DNA of 64,000 nucleotides, from NCBI GenBank assembly GCA_963667175.2, contig CAXXXF010000003.1, positions 448,001-512,000 of the forward strand. Direction: 5' to 3'. Below the pieces are notes generated by a model that saw only the letters and a list, made by a program, of their open reading frames with translations, was not told the origin of the DNA and searched no databases. The translations under genes were made by a program, and so were the position numbers. The DNA is from Candidatus Latescibacterota bacterium (lineage in GTDB: Bacteria > Latescibacterota > UBA2968 > GCA-2709665). This document shows, in pieces, positions 60,436 through 64,000 of the stretch (position 1 is the first letter of the stretch; each line of letters begins with the position of its first letter).

Positions 60436-61650
60436 CTACTGACTCAACAGGCGTTTCCATCCCCGTGGGACGGCATTGGTTTCCAGCAGCATCAGCACCG
60501 CCTGCCGCTGCGCGGTCTTCAGGCTGTCGTCCCGGGCCTTCCAATAGGCGTCTCCGCGGCGGGTGGCGTTCGGACGCATCGAAAAAGCGTCCCGGCTGAA
60601 GACGGAATCGAGTAGCGCGGGGTTCAGCGAATAGCCGCCAATGCGGGTGGTCTGTTCGGCCACGGCGCCTGTGCCGGTGGTAATGCGCACGGTTTGCAGA
60701 ACCGGCAGCCAGTAACGGTCGTAGTAAAGCGCGTTTTGCTGGTAGGTGCGCAATTCCTCGACGCCGAGCGGTTTTCGCCCCCTCTTGTTCAACCGCAGGT
60801 CGTAGCCCACCAGCGAGAAGTCGTCCGCGGAGATCCAGATCGCCCCTTCAAGTCCGGGGCGCCTCTTCTTACTCGGCTCGACGCGAATCCGGTGCACCGC
60901 CACGTCGCCCATCTGTACGGTTCCGACCAGACGATAGCGGTAATTCTCCCGGGCGTCGGAGGCCAGCGGAAGCGGACCCACGTCGAAATCGCGGCCATTG
61001 AGGCGGCCGCTGCGGATATTGACGATCACGCCGGGATGCATGCCGAACTGCTGCGCAGGCGCCTGTCGCGACCGGTACGCCGTGATGACCTGGACGATCT
61101 CTCCCGGACTCCGATAGTACCCCAAACCATCGAACTCGATGCGAGCGAGGACACTTGAACCGGCGCCGGCGGCGGCGTACAAGGTCTGAGTACCCCGCAA
61201 CGTGAAACGATGCGTTTGGAGATCCGCGTAGCGCGTATGGAAGACGTTCTCGCGGGGTTCCCGGCCTGCTTCGTCGAGGAGCGCCTTGAGGGACGGTCGC
61301 GGAAGGTCGACGTGTGACTTGAGGGGAATGGGAGACGGGGAGAGCAGGATGTCCAGCGGGCTCTCCGGAGCCGCGGCCGAGTCAATCTCCCGCAGTGCGG
61401 TCCGATAGCCCACCAGGGAGACCCGGAGGCGTATCGGGCCCGCGGGCAGGTCGGTGAGCGAGAATCGGCCATGGAGGTCCGTATGGTCTCCCCGCTTGAG
61501 TTCCGGCAGGATGACCGTGGCGTACGGAAGCGGCGCGCGCGTCGCACTGTCTCTCACGGCGCCGGTCAGGGTCGCCGAGCGCGTGGGCGCCTGAAGGAAG
61601 TGCAGCGCGAACAAGCCGGCGATGACGTTAGAAAAATGCCGTGCGGACAT
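60436..61650 (-). CDS. Exported protein with carboxypeptidase-regulatory-like domain (DUF5686-like N-terminal region)
   Basis: Signal peptide, G.VRD..T..PLPYATV, SLVGY, G.IWI..DDF, YWLP. Confidence 0.7.
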   Translation of the reverse strand: MSARHFSNVIAGLFALHFLQAPTRSATLTGAVRDSATRAPLPYATVILPELKRGDHTDLHGRFSLTDLPAGPIRLRVSLVGYRTALREIDSAAAPESPLDILLSPSPIPLKSHVDLPRPSLKALLDEAGREPRENVFHTRYADLQTHRFTLRGTQTLYAAAGAGSSVLARIEFDGLGYYRSPGEIVQVITAYRSRQAPAQQFGMHPGVIVNIRSGRLNGRDFDVGPLPLASDARENYRYRLVGTVQMGDVAVHRIRVEPSKKRRPGLEGAIWISADDFSLVGYDLRLNKRGRKPLGVEELRTYQQNALYYDRYWLPVLQTVRITTGTGAVAEQTTRIGGYSLNPALLDSVFSRDAFSMRPNATRRGDAYWKARDDSLKTAQRQAVLMLLETNAVPRGWKRLLSQ

Positions 61651-62812
61651 CGGCCAGTGCCTGAATGAGACGGTTGATATCTTCCTCTGCGTGGTCGGCC
61701 ATGAGCGTGAGGCGAAGACGGCTCTCTCCTTCCGGCACTGTCGGAGGCCGGATGCCGCTGAGGTAGATCCCCTCCTCGAAGAGATGGTCCGAAATCGCCG
61801 TCGTACGCGTCGCGTCGCCGATCAGTACGGGGATGATCTGGGATCGGGAGTCCATGAGATTGAAATCGAGGGCTTTCAGTGCGTTATGGACGGTTCGGAC
61901 GTTTCGCCAGAGTCTGTCTCGCAGGTCCGGACGCGTTTCGATGAGTCCCAGGGCGGCGGAGGCGGCCGCGCAGGCGTCGGGTGGCAGGGCCGAGGTATAG
62001 ATGAAAGCCGGCGCCCGATTGATCAGCAGGTCAATGAGTTCCGCGTTTCCGGCGACGAATCCGCCGTAGGCGCCGAGGGCCTTGCTGCCGGAAGTCGTCA
62101 GAACGTCGATACCCTGTGTGATGCCGAAATGGTCGTGTATGCCCCGGCCGGAAGCGCCCAGGACGCCGGTTCCATGGGCGTCGTCAACCATCAGTATGGC
62201 CTTATGCCGGTTCGCCGCGTCCACAAGATCCGACAGCGGGGCGAGGTCGCCGTCCATACTGAACAGCCCGTCGGTGACGATCAGCCGGCGCCGGTAATCG
62301 ATCCGGGTCCGGAGAAGCTTGTCAAGATGGTCGACGTTTCGGTGGCGATAGACGAAGGTTTCTGCGCGGGAGAGCCGGCAGGCGTCGATGATGCTGCGAT
62401 GGTTCAGGCGGTCGCTGAAAACCGCATCCTCCTCGCCTGCAAGTGCGCTCACCGCTCCCAGGTTCGCCATGTAGCCCGTGGGAAAGCAGAGGGCTGATTC
62501 GGTTCCCAGGAATCGGGCCACCCGGCCTTCCAGCGTCCGATGCGGTTCCATGTTTCCGGAAATCAGGCGGGAGGCCGCCGCGCTCAGCCCGTACGTGCGC
62601 AGGGCGGCGTCCGCGTCTTCCTTAAGGGCAGGGTGATTTGCAAGCCCGAGATAGTTATTGGAGCAGAAGAGGAGACGTTCCTTGCCGTCGATACGGACCC
62701 TGGGACCCTGCGCGCCTTCCACCAGATGGAGGCTGCGATACAGCCCGCGTGATCTCAGATTGTTCAACTCTGTGTCGAGATGAGGAAGCACTGGACGGAC
62801 ACCGATGCGCAA
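61628..62812 (-). CDS. bioF: 8-amino-7-oxononanoate synthase
   Basis: SNNYLGLA, GYMAN, DRLNH.S, DGLFSMDGD, DDAHG, SKALG, IRPPTVP. Confidence 0.93.
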   Translation of the reverse strand: MRIGVRPVLPHLDTELNNLRSRGLYRSLHLVEGAQGPRVRIDGKERLLFCSNNYLGLANHPALKEDADAALRTYGLSAAASRLISGNMEPHRTLEGRVARFLGTESALCFPTGYMANLGAVSALAGEEDAVFSDRLNHRSIIDACRLSRAETFVYRHRNVDHLDKLLRTRIDYRRRLIVTDGLFSMDGDLAPLSDLVDAANRHKAILMVDDAHGTGVLGASGRGIHDHFGITQGIDVLTTSGSKALGAYGGFVAGNAELIDLLINRAPAFIYTSALPPDACAAASAALGLIETRPDLRDRLWRNVRTVHNALKALDFNLMDSRSQIIPVLIGDATRTTAISDHLFEEGIYLSGIRPPTVPEGESRLRLTLMADHAEEDINRLIQALADVRTAFF

Positions 62813-62895
62813 GGCAGTTCAGGGACACGAAACTCGGACGGAAATTATGGAAATCCCCCGGGATTGTCAAGCCGGTGGCGGGGAGTGGTACCGGT

Positions 62896-62923
62896 TTGAC
62901 AAAGGGGTTCATTCGCGTATATT
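62896..62923 (+). promoter_or_regulatory. Putative promoter for lnt
   Basis: TTGACA-N16-TATATT. Confidence 0.45.
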
Positions 62924-63068
62924 CTAATCCGGATTTCAGGGCGGGGTTCAAACGGACCGGTTGGCGGATCTTACTGCTTGCGTCCAACCGGTTTTTCTGT
63001 CCCGCAACCTGAAACAGGAAAACGAGGCCGCCCGGGAAACGGCGGAAGGGGTCGGAGGAACCGGAATC

Positions 63069-64000
63069 ATGACGGAGGCACGGCAAGGCGAAAACTGGAA
63101 ATGGATGGTTTTGTTTCCGGCGGTTTCCGGCCTTGTCCTGGGCGCGGCATTTCCGCCTCTGCCTCTGGGGTTTCTGTCTTATGTCGCGCTGATCCCTCTG
63201 CTGCTTTCGGCTGAGCGGCTACGGGGCCGGGCGGCATTCGGCGCCGGGTTCATTCAGGGGATCTTCTTTTACGGTGTCACGCTATACTGGATCGGAACGA
63301 TCACGCCGCCCGGCATGGCCGGAGCGGTTTTTTATATGTCCCTGTTCCGCGGCCTGTTCACGTTGGGGTTCGCCCGCGTTGTTGCGCGGTATGGCGGCGC
63401 CGGGTTGTGGAGCGCGCCCTTCCTCTGGGTGGGGTTGGAATATTTCAACTCTCTGGGCGATATGGGGTTTCCATGGGTCGTGCTGGGAAATTCGCAGACG
63501 GCCTGGCTGTGGCTGATTCAGTATGCCGAAGTGACGGGGGTGTACGGGGTTTCGTTCTGGATTGTGGTGGTCAACCTGAGCGTGCTGATGCTCTGGAGGC
63601 GCCGGGCGCGGCGCAGGATATGGGTTGCGGTTCTGGCGGCGCTTTTCGCGGGACCGGCGGCAAACGGGTATCTGGCTCTGAAGAACGTTCCAGATGAACA
63701 ACCCGTGACCGTCGGCCTGGTCCAGCCGGATATGCCGCCCGTGGCCAAGGAATACCGGGGATTCGATTACAATTTCGGCAAGCTGAAGCCGATGACCGTC
63801 GAGGCCGCAGGGCAGGGGGCAGGGCTCGTGGTGTGGCCCGAGACGGCCGTGGGCTATCTGAAAGGGGAATTGTACCGGCGCCATCGCGAGCGGGTGCAGG
63901 CAATGGTGGACTCGCTCGGCATCCATCTCTTTACGGGCGCGTACAGACTGGAGGCCGGCGACCCTGTAAAGGTCTTCAACTCCTCGTTTCTGTTCGCGCC
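63069..64000 (+). CDS. lnt: Apolipoprotein N-acyltransferase, 3' truncated by window (absent from ORF track)
   Basis: MTEARQ...AAFPP...LYWI, GFPW..LG.SQ, GVYGVSF, LVQP, VVWPETA, FNS. Confidence 0.92.
   Translation, partial: MTEARQGENWKWMVLFPAVSGLVLGAAFPPLPLGFLSYVALIPLLLSAERLRGRAAFGAGFIQGIFFYGVTLYWIGTITPPGMAGAVFYMSLFRGLFTLGFARVVARYGGAGLWSAPFLWVGLEYFNSLGDMGFPWVVLGNSQTAWLWLIQYAEVTGVYGVSFWIVVVNLSVLMLWRRRARRRIWVAVLAALFAGPAANGYLALKNVPDEQPVTVGLVQPDMPPVAKEYRGFDYNFGKLKPMTVEAAGQGAGLVVWPETAVGYLKGELYRRHRERVQAMVDSLGIHLFTGAYRLEAGDPVKVFNSSFLFA

Overview
GC-rich bacterial chromosomal window. A secreted dockerin/EF-hand-like tag, FGE-sulfatase, HEAT and many Gfo/Idh/MocA genes suggest an FCB-group (Latescibacterota/Gemmatimonadota-like) organism; this is inference only. 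Core genes: mltD-like, mreD-mrdA-rodA, dnaE, aroA, mpl/murC-like + ldcA, fused glyQS, rsmD, trmJ-like, bioF, lnt. Also present are an ABC importer, a putative secreted-protein cluster, a sugar/amine catabolic cluster, a GH106-like hydrolase, and a 49-59 kb accessory patch of small genes and toxin-antitoxin relics. Top finding, missed by the ORF track: a 92-codon DUF5069-like gene (18611-18889) whose conserved Cys position is an in-frame TGA followed directly by a SECIS-like hairpin, i.e. a candidate selenoprotein. The window also holds a MITE family (29-242 bp) and tiny CCTGCCTG...CAGRCAGG hairpins that sit at G^C inside other repeats and inside each other. Nine +1 homopolymer frameshifts (eight in 29.3-32.4 kb) look like long-read errors. 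All family assignments come from motif recognition, not database searches.
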